Assembly: GCA_946965045.2 (NCBI GenBank)
Contig: OX337235.1
Location: 434,001-498,000, forward strand
Length of the DNA: 64,000 bases
Reading direction: 5' to 3'
DNA from: Epithemia pelagica
Taxonomy: Eukaryota > Protista > Bacillariophyta
Under the pieces are notes generated by a model. That model worked only from the letters and a program-made list of their open reading frames with translations, searched no databases and was not told the DNA's origin. Below are positions 19,992 to 32,488 of the stretch, piece after piece. Numbering within the stretch: position 1 is the first letter of the stretch; each line of letters starts with the position of its first letter. The position numbers were made by a program, and so were the translations under genes.

Positions 19992-21050
19992 AGCACGCCT
20001 GTTGATTGTTGTTCTCGTTTCCTTTCCGAATCGTTTGGTTGATTGTTGTCTTTGACCGATCTCTTGCGTTGTTTGTGTTTGTTGGGTTTGCTCTTACTTC
20101 CGAAGGTGAAATTCGTTCGGAGGGATTGATTCTCATATCCCGTCCTCTCCGTCTCGTCATATTCGATCGATTCATCCATTTGGTTGGTTGTTGGGTCGGT
20201 TGGTTGTCGTCTTATCGTTGTGGAAAAAAAATCTTCATTGTCGGCATCGAATTTTGTTTTTCGTCGTTTCTTGTCTGTGTCGGAAAACAGAGTTGGGGGA
20301 ACTATCCGAGGTAACCAATCCCACGGGCAACCCAACTCCCAGTCCCCGCGAGACTCTCGTATCCCCATCCCGTACTTTACGTACAAGTAAGCCGCAAGGC
20401 CGAAAAGAGGGCGATCCTTGCCAGACCGGCTGGATACCGTCAGGGGGCGAAGTTAAGGTACTCAACAGGTACTACTTCGCGTGCTCCGGCACACGTGTTC
20501 GTTACTAACAACGCATCTGTTGCTGTCGCCCGCCAAGCGATCAGGCTCTCTATCTTTGCGCTGTGGACAGATTGCTTAACCGCCAGACGTTACCTTCCTG
20601 GTGCGCGATTGTTCTTGGTCTTTCCCGCCTTTTGATCGCTTCTTTTTCCTTCCTACACGTGGAGTTTGGGCTAGGGATTGGCAATCCCGGTGTGTGGAGT
20701 CAAGAACAGACACCGTCAGATCTTGCTAGTTCTTCGTTACCCTCGGGTAGCAACCTAGCCTAAAGACTGCAGTGGAAGCGCGTCACATTCTAATTAGCTT
20801 CGCTCAGCGAGCCCCGTGACATTGCTCCCGGTTCTGAATAGCACCTCTGCTTGGAGTTTTATTTTCAATCGGTTTGATTTCAAGTGTTTTATTTGGTTTT
20901 ATTTTCAAGTTTTTCAAGTTTTTGGAGACGGATACAAGTAGGCTACTACCTGGTGAATTTGATTCAGAGGGCTCTTCAGTAGTAACTTCATCCTATCTCC
21001 GCTCAAGATATTCAAGTTTTTCACCTAGTTCTACCTAGTTTACTGATATC

Positions 21051-24000
21051 ATGACGGAACCGACTGAGAATGCAGTAGATCTTTCCCAGGATCCAGTTTT
21101 TCAGCACATCTTTACTACGATCTTGAATCAACCCCCAGATCGCCTTTCTGATTTCCAAGACTGGTTTACTCATCACAAGTTTTTAAACTTCTCTGAGTTT
21201 CTTGAGTTGTATGTCTTCGAACCTGAAACCCTTGCGGATGACCTTGAATTTAAAACTAAGCGACAGCCTAAGACCCAGAAATTACATCCTACCTTCGCTA
21301 AGCAAATTCGTGCTTTCCTTCTTTGGGCTAATCATCTTCACTCTCTCGCCCAACGTTTCTTTGGTGCTGATGACTGGTTAGCACTTACTCGCGAGGATTA
21401 TGGTCGGTTTCGCATCGGGACTTATTTCCCTACTTCTTCTCAGTCTCGGGCCTTAAACGTGCCGTCTACTCCAGGTACTCCATCTCTTGGCACTCCGGGG
21501 GGGAAGTCTACTATGTCTAACTCGTCTCAGTCCCAGCAAGATTTGACTACCTTTCGTAAAGGCATTAAACGCGACTCAACGGCATATGAAGTACTCAAGG
21601 AAGAGAAAAACTATGACCCCTTTATGCGTAGTTTTCGTGCTACTGCACTTGCTCAAGGATTAGGCAATGTTTTGGATCCTTCTTTTGTTGTGGATTCCAC
21701 AGATCCTGCTGCCTCTGCTCTTTACCGAGAACAACAGATCTTTCTATATTCAGTTTTAGTTCGTTGTTTACAAACTGATAAAGGTCGTGCTATCATTCGT
21801 GCCCATACTACGGACATGGATGCTACAGCCGTCCTAGATGAGTTACGCACTCATCATACGGACTCCGAGTTGTCACGCAAGGAAATCATGCGTCTCACTG
21901 CCTATCTTACAAACATTCGTCTTGATTCAGCATGGAGAGGCACTACATCCCAGTTCTTGCTTCATTTCAATGAACAACTACGTCTTTTAGATAGTCTATG
22001 TGATTCTAGCCAAAAGCTACCTGATTTTTCACGTACTACTTTTCTCATGCAAGCTGTGGATGGTAATGAAGATCTTCGACGTGTCAAGATTTTCGATGAT
22101 TTTCTTAAATCCCAATCTGGGACTCATGCAAAGATGTCCTATGATGACTACTATCGTGTGTTGACTAATGCTGCTTTTCAATTTGATCAGCACTTAGCTA
22201 GCAAGAATGGATCTAAACGACGAGCTTATGTTTCCCAACAGTGTGATCACGATATTTTTGACTCTGATCATTCTAGTTCTCATGATGATTTCATTCAAGA
22301 GGATCTTGTATCTATTTTTCAAGCTAATCGGTCTCGTAATCGCATTGATACTCGTACTCAGCGTATTTTTCTCCCTAAGGATATTTGGGATGCTACTTCA
22401 GATGAAGTTAAAGAGATGCTAAAAGCACACAATAAACGTATCTTGGCTAACTCACCTAATTCTAAACCTCGTCAAACGAACCTACATGAGGTTAGTGAAT
22501 CATCTGCTGATGAAAATCCAACAGCTACTGATAATACTGAAGAAGCTTGCCAAGAAGCTGCTGTTGCTACTGAGTCTGATCCTAGTCCTGATCAGCTTCT
22601 CACAATGTTACATGAGCAAACTGATTATCCTGAATCTGATATTCAGCGCGTCCTTTCTGCCAACAAGGCTAAATCTAAGGGTGTTAGTTTCTCTATCAAT
22701 GCTACCTATCGCTTCTCCAAGGCTAACCTTAATCCTACCTTTCAGTTGATTGATAGAGGGGCCAATGGTGGTTTAGCTGGGAGTGATTTGAAGATTATCC
22801 ACAAAACTGGTCGAAAGATTAACATTATTGGCATTGATAATCACGAGGTAACTGGTTTGGACATTGTTACCGCTGCAGGTCTTTATTCTACACAGCTAGG
22901 TACAATCGTTGGTATTTTCCATGAGTATGCTTACCTTGGCAAAGGTCGTTCGATTCACTCTCCGCCACAAATGGAATATTTCAAGACTCTTGTTGATGAC
23001 AAGTCAGTTCTTGTCGGTGGTCGACAGCGTATTGAGACTCTAGACGGTTATGCCTTACCTTTGATCTTTAAGGGTGGACTTGTCTACTTGGATAGTCTCG
23101 GCATTCCTACTGATAATGACCTAGCTACCTATCCTCATGTCGTCTTTACGTCACCCGATGAATGGAATCCTGACGTCATGGATCATTCTCATTCGTCCAA
23201 TCCTGATACACATTCTGATTGGATGGATCTTGTCAACCCAGACCCTATTGATCGTGATTTTTCTGCGACTGGAGACTATGTTCATCGCGTCAACCTAGTT
23301 TCCCAGATTCTTACCCTTCATCAACAGACAAACCTAGCTGGTGCCGTCGACTTTCAACACAGTCGTTATCATCAACAATCTCTGAAATCTGAAGATTTTG
23401 AAGCCCTACGTCCTTATTTTGCTTGGGCATCGGCTGATAGCATAGCTAATACCTTTAAGGTTTCTACACGCTATGTGGGATTTTCCCCTCATGATTATCT
23501 CAAGAAGCACTTTCGCACTCGTAACCCTGTGCTCAATATCGGTCGTCGTCGTGAAGGGGTTGCCACTGATACAGTCTTTGCTGATACACCTGCTATTGAT
23601 AATGGTTCTAAGGCTGCTCAGATTTTTGTTGGAAGAGATACCCTTGTTTGCGATGTGTATGGAGCCAAATCTGATGCTCAATTCGTCAATACCCTTGAGG
23701 ATAATATCTGACTACGGGGAGCTATGGACGTTTTAATCAGTGATCGTGCTCAGGCTTTAGTTTCTAAGAAAGTACAAGACATCCTACGGTCTTTGTTTAT
23801 TTCTCAGTACACATCTGAACCTCATCATCAGCATCAGAATTTTGCTGAAAATCGGTACTCTACTCTTAAGCGCTGGACTAATCTTATTCTCAATACCTCT
23901 GGTTGTCCACCTAGCTGCTGGTTACTTGCTCTAGACTATGCGTCGACCGTGCTTAACCACCTTGCTTCGCCGGCGCTTAACGGTCGCACCCCCATTGAGC

Positions 24001-26678
24001 GCCTGACGGGCTCCACTCCTGATGTTAGTTTCTTACTTGCTCATTATTTCTGGGAACCAATTTATTTTTCTTATGATCCTGATCGATCTTCTTACCCTTC
24101 TACTGGTAATGAATCTAAAGGTCGTTGGGTAGGTTTTGGTACTGGAGTTGGGGATCCATTAACATGGAAGATCCTTACTGATGAGACCTCTACGATTTTG
24201 TTTCGATCTACTATTCGTAGTGCTACCTCTTCTTTACCTAACCGACGTCTAGATCCAGAAAAAGGGGAGATAGTTCATGTCAGAGGTCGTCATGAAGATA
24301 GTTCTTCTGGATCTACACCTCCTATGCCTACTTTAGATCCACATGATCTACTTGGCCGTAAATTTCTTGGCCCTAAACTGGAAACTGGGGAGCGTTTCCG
24401 TGGGTTAGTTGTTGCTATGGTCCAAGATCAAGCTTATCGTGACCGAAAACGTTTTGAAGACCTCAGTTTTGAAGTGGAATATGATGAAGGTCGCCTTCGT
24501 GAGATTGTCACTTACAACGAACTTCTCAATCATCTAGATCATGATCCTGACGACGTTGTTTTCTCTGAGCAAGAGTATCGCATGCGGCAAATCACTGCTC
24601 ATCAAGGTCCTCTCAAACCTACTGATGCTCATTACAAGGGATCTAGCTACAACGTTCTTGTCGAATGGGAAAATGGGGAGACTAGCTATGAGCCTCTTTC
24701 TTTTATAGCTAGTGATGATCCTTTGCTATGCGCTATCTATGCCAAGAATAATGGACTACTCGACTTAGATGGCTGGAAGCACCTAGCTAAATACGTCAAG
24801 ACTGAAAAACGACTCATCAAGACACTCCGTCGACATTTGCAGCAAGCCAAGAAAAAGATGATCCGGCGTAACTCTCGCGCGCAAATCAAGTACCGTTTTG
24901 GCGTGCAAGTCCCACGGGATTATGATGAAGCTATCCTGCTAGATGTTCAGAACAAGAATAACTTATGGTCAAAAGCAACTGAACTCGAGCTAGATCAAGT
25001 CATTCATCAATATAAGACATTCCTAGTTCGGGATAAGGCTATTTTTCAAAATGGGAAGCTTATGAATGCTCCTGAAGGATACCAACGGTTGAGAGTTCAC
25101 CTAGTTTTCGATGTCAAACATGATGGACGTCGAAAAGCTAGACTTGTAGCTGATGGGCATTTGACTATACGAGACCCGTCTATGTCAAGCTACTCAGGAG
25201 TGGTATCAATACGTGGCCTACGTCTAGTTATCTTCCTCAGTGAACTGAACAAGCTGGAGATCTGGGCAGCTGACATTGGAAATGCTTACCTAGAAGCACA
25301 AACAAAGGAGAAGCTATTCATCATAGCTGGTCCTGAATTTGGAGATTTGGAAGGAAAAATCTTGATTTTTGATAAGGCACTTTACGGGCTTGTGACCAGT
25401 GGAGCACGATGGCATGATAAACTCTACGACGTTTTACAAGAAATGGGATTTAAACCATGCAAGATTGAACCTGACATCTGGTTTAAGCTAAACGAAGAGC
25501 ACGGCGTCTACGAGTACATAGCAGTTTACGTAGACGACCTAGCAATTGCTGCAAAGAACCCGAAAGAAATTTGTGATACTTTCACTGAAAAATTTAAATT
25601 CAAACTCAAAGGTGTGGGCCCAATAGCATATCACCTAGGGTGTACATACAAGAGAGAACCAGATGGAACATTGGTTGGGGACCCCAGACGATACGTTGAG
25701 AAGATACTCGAAGGATACGAAATCTTATTCGGGAACAAACCGAAAAAGTACAAGACTCCATTAGACCGGCAAGATCATCCTGAACTAGATGATAGCGAGC
25801 TATGTGAAGAAAAGGACATTGCCATCTATCAATCCATTATAGGGCAACTGCAATGGGTGGTGACTATAGGTCGTTTTGACATCTTCACTTCCGTCATGAC
25901 ATTGGCTAGATTCCGTGCCGCTCCACGAATTGGCCATTTGGAACGTGCAAAACGAGTTGTTGGATACCTAGCAGGCATGTATCATGGAGCAATCCGTTTT
26001 AGACTACATGAACCAGACTACTCCAATCTGCCAGACCAAAACTATGACTGGTTCCGCGTTTACGATGGAGCACGAGAGGAAGTTCCAAAAGATGCACCGG
26101 AACCTAAGGGTCTACCCGTTGTTACAACTACCTATGTCGATGCTAACCTAAAGCACGACATGATTACGGGGAGATCAGCATCTGGGATTCTACACCTAGT
26201 CAATGGAACTCCCATGGACTGGTACTCCAAGCGACAGGCAACGGTTGAGACTGCAACCTTTGGCTCTGAATTTGTCTCTGCACGGATTGCATGTGATCAA
26301 ATCATGGAACTACGCATTTTTCTTCGTTACCTAGGAGTACCACTACGAGATTCTAGCTACCTATTCGGAGATAACAAGTCAGTGGTAACCAATAGTACGG
26401 TACCACATTCAATCCTTAGCAAACGCCATCATTTTCTGAGCTACAACCGTGTACGTGAGTGTATGGCATCGAAGGCTATCAAGTTTTACTGGAAAGATGG
26501 CAAGACCAATCCCGCTGACGTGTTGACTAAAAATTGGGATTTTGTCACGGGATGGCCACTCCTTAAACCTCTGCTATTCTGGCGAGGTGATGTTAGTGCT
26601 TTGAACGATAAGATCAATGAACCAAAACAAGACAGACAGACGAAAGGGGAGTCGCACAAGGTAGATGACCGTGACTGA
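21051..26678 (+). pseudogene. Gag-Pol of element C, one in-frame TGA (23709-23711) inside the integrase
   Basis: PR LIDRGANGG; IN ATDTVF / ISDRAQ / FAENRY; RT AVYVDD; RH VDANL..FGDNKSV..NPADVLTK. DNI*LRGAMD reads as a lost codon, plausibly CGA>TGA. Confidence 0.92.
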
Positions 26679-27539
26679 TCGTACGATGAGTCACGATCAA
26701 TACCTAGTGGTTTCATCTGGCTGTGACGTCATAATATACAAACACCTAGCACATGTAGATCGTAGTTTAGACAATGGGGAGAAAGGGAATACGATAGGAG
26801 GCGCTTTCAATGGCCTTGGACATGAGCTAGACATCATCCATGAACATGTGCGATATCTTGGGACGATTGAATGCGATCTAGATGTCAGATGCACACGAAC
26901 CAGCAATGCTGCGTGTAGATTTCTACGTACCTAGTACAAATGGATGGAAAAGGGGAAACAACAACAACGAGCACTAACATAGACGATAACACTCACAATT
27001 CTAAAAAGCATCATCATCACATCTCTTTGTGTCCTACCTACTCTTCTAGTAGTTGTTGGCCTTTTCCTTGACCCGTGGGGGATTGGCTACGTGGTTGGTG
27101 CCTTGAATTGTCTAACGCTTTGTTGTATCTTTGATTGTTGTGTCGTAACGACCGGAGTCCTTCATCTTTTGTCATAAACTGTCTTATTCTACCTGATAGA
27201 ATCCGTTCCAAAGAAAGACTAAGATAATCGTTACAACTACATCCAACGCATAAAACCAGTAAAGTGGTAACCGATAATGTCCGTACAAATTTCCCCCCGG
27301 CCATAAGGCCCAATCTACGTCATGCTGACGTATCAATCCCGTATCGACCAGAATGAGACAGTGGAAAATAATCTTATAATCTCTTTGAAACACGAAATTT
27401 TAGCAACACAATGTTCGCATCGATTGTGGCATCTTTCTTGACTTGTGGTGTTCCTTCCTTTTCACTGTGTGTGTGGTCCAATCATCATTGTCCTCGTCCT
27501 TTTCCGTGTTTCACAGTGTCCGTATTATATATACATATC

Positions 27540-28933
27540 ATGCCGTCTTTGCGTGGTCGCTATTTCATTGATTGCCTAAAGCGTTGGACCTTGGCCCAGT
27601 TAAACCTGGCCTTGCCGGTGCCCCCCTACGGTACCTCTCAGTATTGGGATCATGCCTATCGATCCATGTTGCAGCAACCGGATCAAGTCGAACCGCAAGA
27701 ATGGGGTGATGCCTCGTATGAAACGCTCAAGAAATATCACTACAAGACGCTTTCGATCCCCACCTCCTTGCTCCTTTCGTCGCCGCATTCGCAGCAGCCT
27801 CTGTCCTCCGGTTCCATCTCCACAAGAATCACAACTATAACCAGCCCGTACCCACCACCTTGGATTCGTCCCATGCCACGCGACCGGTGCATTCCACAAC
27901 CTTGGCGGAAACCATGGGATTGACCGAGAATGATGATGATGATGATGAGGAGGAGGAGGAGTATAATCCAGAGGACGACCATGACCACAACGATTCGTCG
28001 TTTACCGAGAAACACAAGGCTCCCATTGTCATTTTGGGGTGTGGGATTTCCCGATTGGGTACCGATTTGGCCGCACACGAACCCTCTCTGGGACGACGAC
28101 CAGGACGACAAGGACGACGAACCGTGATTCAAGTCGATTGGAGTCCGCACATTGTGCAATTGCAAACCATGTTTTGTCACGACCAGGTACAATCCGGTGC
28201 CTTGCACATTCGGGAAGATTCGGCGGCGCAATTGTCAAGTATTTCGCAGGACAATTCCATTCACGCTGTACTCGACAAGGGATTGATGGATCCCTTGTCT
28301 TGTACCTGTGCCCATCACGATGGACGATCCAAACACGTGCAAGATATTTTTCGAGTGGTCCATCGCGTCTTGAAACCCAATGGGTATTATTGTATCTGGT
28401 CCCTGTCGCAACCCGAATTCTTGTTACCCTTGTTGGAACAAGAAAACCTCATTCAACCCACTTCCGACCATGAGGATGATACCGACCACAAGAACGACAG
28501 GAACGCAACGGGGGAATTGTTCCAGGATCGTTCCATGTTTGCTCCACAATATCTGCATCGTCCATCCATGCCCTCGCCACCACCCTTGTCCATACAACAA
28601 CAACAACAAGAACGACTCCAAAACATATATCGCAATTATCAACCCTTGGCATCCCTGTCATTATCATCGTCTTCCACCCATTCTACCACGATTCCGACGC
28701 GCACGCCTCGCAATCCCATGACCGGCAAACCCTACTTGTGGCAACGCTTGGACATTCGCCATGATGTCACCAATCCATTCCTCTTGTATCGGTTTCAAAA
28801 AGCGGCTGCCAGTGATCCGTTTTCAACGACGACACGTCGTCGCGGAGGTGGTGGTGCGCAACCACCATCCTCCCGCTTGCCACGCCATTCGGAAAACAAC
28901 AACAAGAACAACCATCGACAACGACGAGCTTGA
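27540..28933 (+). pseudogene. SAM methyltransferase M (X copy), frameshifted near 27810-27850
   Basis: MPSLRGRY..YGTSQYWDHAY in one frame; IVILGCGISRLG..VDWS..AVLDKGLMD in ORF 27860-28933. Intact paralog at 53826-55205. Confidence 0.85.
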
Positions 28934-29199
28934 AAAAAAACAAACACAGTCCATCAACCATTGTAAACATGAATCTTGGGTGCGTGCGTGTTGCTGGACG
29001 AGTTTGGAATCTCCATTGTTTCTCACGAAACACAGAGCTTGCGTGCGCAATTCAAAAGCCGCAATGGATGCTTTTTCACCTCCTATAATATTTATTTGCT
29101 GAACTCCCCATCCTTTTTCAGGATGGTACATCGGAAACCGGAGCAGGGCTCAACGTGTCTTCAATCGACGAAACATGCATATACTACAATTCCCCAAAC

Positions 29200-29733
29200 T
29201 TAGTTGGACTTGGTCAAGGCCTTGCCAACGGGGTTGTACACAAAGTTGAAGGTACAGTCGTGGACATGTTCAAAGGTGGCACTGCCACTTGGACGTAGCT
29301 CAAAGCAAATAAAGTCTTCAAAGTCACCGTGCGAAATCTTGGCATGACGGTAACTGACTTGTTCAATGGGACCAGCCGCAGCAGCAACACGGGCAACGAC
29401 AATGGTAGCCTCATTGGCCTTGGCATTGCAGCAGCATCGTGGATCATCGTCATCGAAGGGGACGGTCCAACCAACGTTGGTGACCAACGACCGCAATATC
29501 AGCCACTGTATGTTTTGCCAAAGGCTTGATTGTGGGCCTTGAGGACCACTTGATTGATTGTCACGGTCCGACAATTCGTGGGGCAAACCAATCAAGGTGA
29601 GCTGGGCTTGGGTGATTTCGTCATGCCGGTAGGCCGTTTCGACAGGTCCAATGTTGTTCAGGGGCGCCAAGAAGGAAAAGGTACAGTCCTTGGCATGAAC
29701 TATAAATTGACATACGAGGACTTTTGAAGACAA
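29200..29733 (-). pseudogene. Truncated and internally deleted S-gene fragment
   Basis: HAKDCTFSF..EITQAQLTLIGLPHELSDRDNQ..DDDDPRCCCNAK matches the C-half of S; no signal peptide. Confidence 0.85.
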
Positions 29734-29984
29734 GTCTACCCGTGTTGTAAGTAAAAGGGGGCGGAATCATGGGATATGGGTAACAATCATAGCAAGAAGA
29801 TAATTGGAGTGGTCGATCAGGATTAGTTCGTCGCAAAAGGACGAGCCTTTCTCTTTCCCTCTTTCCATGAAAGAAACCTACCAAAACACAGACAACTACC
29901 TTGGACTACTCTCCAACAAAATTATGTCGGTTCAACAAGTGGGAGTAGTATATAAACTGTGAGAACTGTTCTTTCCCTGACTCG

Positions 29985-31039
29985 TGTTTTCTTGATAGGT
30001 AGTATCTTCCTGCCATTCGGACCATTTACTGGTTACCACTCAAAGTGAAATCCCCCCATTATGACAATGTAGCGAATTTGAACTACATGAGCGCAACATC
30101 CATGTCGGCCTGCAAGTAATTTACAAATCAATATATTCCAGTGGCTCTTCTTCGAGCTGTTTTTTTGTTGTTGTAGAAAAATGAAGCAGATCTTTCACGT
30201 TCCTTCGTTCCACACAATCCAAACTTGCAGAAGCACCATTGTATCCTCCCATATCGTAGCTGCCTTCATTGCACACCGCCGCGGCATGTCCCTCATGCCT
30301 CTTGTTCATGGGTGGTCCTTCTTGCCATTTCTTGTGTAGTTCGGCCAAATTCAGCTATTGGTGGCACAGAGACCGTTTCGGTTTCCTCCCAATGCGACAG
30401 CGGTTTGTCCCCTCTTGTCATCATTGTTGCAAGGGTTCAGTGCGACCAGCGCAGTCTTACGCAAACGCCATCCAAACCCTCAAGTCCATTTTGGTTTTTT
30501 GTCCAAGATAAAAAGCCCCGAATATCGTGCTTGTTCGTGCAGTGGCATCATTCTTTGCATGGTTCCAATCGTCGAATATAATACAGGGACTTTTAGACTT
30601 GGAATCAATGGAATGGATGCGAGCACGTCTGATCCATTTTGTGACGAGACAATCGTGACGCCGGCTCGCGTGAGCTCCCGCCGTGTACCTTGCCTGTGCT
30701 TCTGCACGACCAAACCATCGCCCGGCCCACCCAAACGGTTTTGGGTTTTGGCCCTTCCAAAATATGACCCGAAAGCAAAAACCGTGACATCGACCATGGT
30801 CTTTTTGTTTTCTTCCTTCTCCCGGTGTTGACGACTTGTGTCGTGGATGCTTGGTCTGTGGATTTTGGCGTATGCGTACCAGAATCATGTTGCTGAGGCA
30901 TTTTGCCTTCCTGGATCCAATATACAATCCTTTGTGGAAGGCCAAAAGTAAGTATTAGTTGGTTGTACCAAAGATTTGGTGTCGTCGTTTTGTTGAGTGG
31001 TGACAAGTGGTTTGTCCCTCTTGTATCCTTTTCCACCAT
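29985..31039 (-). pseudogene. Decayed kelch-repeat gene K (X copy)
   Basis: WQEGPPMNKRHEGHAAAVCNEGSYDMGGYNGASASLDCVER is a kelch motif; pieces lie in several frames. Confidence 0.7.
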
Positions 31040-31213
31040 GTTTCTTCCTTGAACTAATGTTTCTGTGGCTTGGCATGGATTCTTGTTCTGGCATGACTAA
31101 TTACAAACTTTACACTATACTATCACTCGGAATGATTCGACAATTCTCGATCGTCTACTGCACTGTATCAACGAATCCAACTCTGCTACAACAAACTTAT
31201 TTGTCGCTATATT

Positions 31214-32488
31214 GTGTCTACAACTCAACGCAACAACAACAACAATAGAACTCTTGTCGCGATACGGAGTAATCGAGGCTCTACCAACAACGAGGGGGGA
31301 GAGGTTGGAGGGGGCAATGACGGAACCGGCCCATCTAAAAAGAACCGTAAAGTGACCATAAGGAAGACACGCCAAATCTTGAAAGCTAGCTCTCCGAATC
31401 CACCAGAGGACAGCAAAACACTTGGTAACTACTTGGAAGACACTTGGTTCAAGACAAATATGTCACAAGAATTTAAAGACTTTATTCGAAGTCAATCGAT
31501 CAAAATGTTGAAAGAAAATCCTAAACTCTCTGCAGCTTTTCAAGACTATTTGAAGATTGACTTGGCACATTTTTTGACAACAGGAAAAGTAGCTCGTATG
31601 GATCTTTCCCCCAATGAATCCCAGAGAGTGGCCTTGATCGACTTTGACATCAAAAACAACGCTATGTTTTACAAACGAGACTTGAATGCATTCAATGCTC
31701 GAGTGGAAGAACTTTTCAAATGGAAAGACTCCACAAAAGACGAGTACATGGCTCCGTATTTTCCGCTCATCCAATCGAGTGGAACTGGCAAGACCAAATT
31801 GCTACACGAATGCAAAAAGATGTTTAACAGTGACAATCAAAGCGACGTTCACTGCGAACTTATTCTGTGCCATTATGGTGAAGTCACGCACTTAGCATGG
31901 GGCAGTGACATATTCTCCGACACTCTGGACGTTAAATCAATTGGAACCACCCAAGATGGCCGAGAAACGCTGTGGAAGAAGTTGGATGCTTTTGTAGAGA
32001 AGGCAAGAACGAAAAAGGTCGTGCTGCTATTTGACGAGTCCCAACACCTCATCAACAATGGTGATGGGTTTTATTTTCGAAGCATACGATGGTGGCTTCG
32101 AAAAGAACGAAATGAACATAACATTGTTGGCGTGTTTGCAGGAACAAGCATGAGTTTGGCAAACTACTTTCCGGAACCACCGCAGAATTCATACTACTCA
32201 AGAAATGTAAGACCAACATACAACTCAGGCAAAAGAATGTATGCTCCATTTTTCGAAATCACAACGAATGGACTTGTTTCAATCACCAATGGTTCCGAAT
32301 TCGATAAAGAATCTTCTACAGAGTTTGATGTTGCAGTTCAATATGGGCGCCCGTTGTTCGCTCGGATGCATCTAAAGGGTGATTTGAAAGATGCGTTGGA
32401 CTCAATTTTGCTTCGGATGAAAGGTGGGACCTACAAGATTGAATTGGAGTACCCTCTCTTGGATAAGGACGACAACGACGAATGGTGA
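31214..32488 (+). pseudogene. 3'-truncated NTPase gene N (X copy), joined by deletion to an M' fragment
   Basis: Walker A IQSSGTGKTK, Walker B VLLFDESQH; homology with the full 771-aa copies stops at ELE (about 32449). Confidence 0.88.

Larger units (their letters stand above)
19453..27174 (+). mobile_element. Ty1/copia LTR retrotransposon C, inserted at B's LTR/PBS junction
   Basis: 523-bp LTRs at 19453-19975 and 26652-27174, identical by eye. TSD TAAAC (19448-19452, 27175-27179). PPT AAAGGGGAG at 26643-26651. LTRs begin TC, not TG. Confidence 0.97.
13062..27360 (-). mobile_element. Ty1/copia (CoDi-like) LTR retrotransposon B, inserted in A's 3' LTR
   Basis: 181-bp LTRs at 13062-13242 and 27180-27360, identical by eye, TGTCT..AGACA ends. 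TSD GTGG (13058-13061, 27361-27364). Confidence 0.97.
6464..27405 (+). mobile_element. Ty1/copia (CoDi-like) LTR retrotransposon A, with B and C nested in its 3' LTR
   Basis: 160-bp LTRs TGTTG..TAGCA at 6464-6623 and 12943-13061 + 27365-27405, identical by eye. TSD ACAC (6460-6463, 27406-27409); empty site GGGCCACACAAT at about 53709-53720. Domain order gag-PR-IN-RT-RH. Confidence 0.97.

Noticed and set aside
19466-20508. ORFs in C's LTR and leader (89, 137, 106 aa)
   Set aside because: Short, no recognisable motifs, and duplicated only because the LTR is duplicated.
8274-23711. Variant genetic code explaining the in-frame stops
   Set aside because: The stops are of two types (TGA, TAA), and TAA, TAG and TGA all end intact genes in the window.
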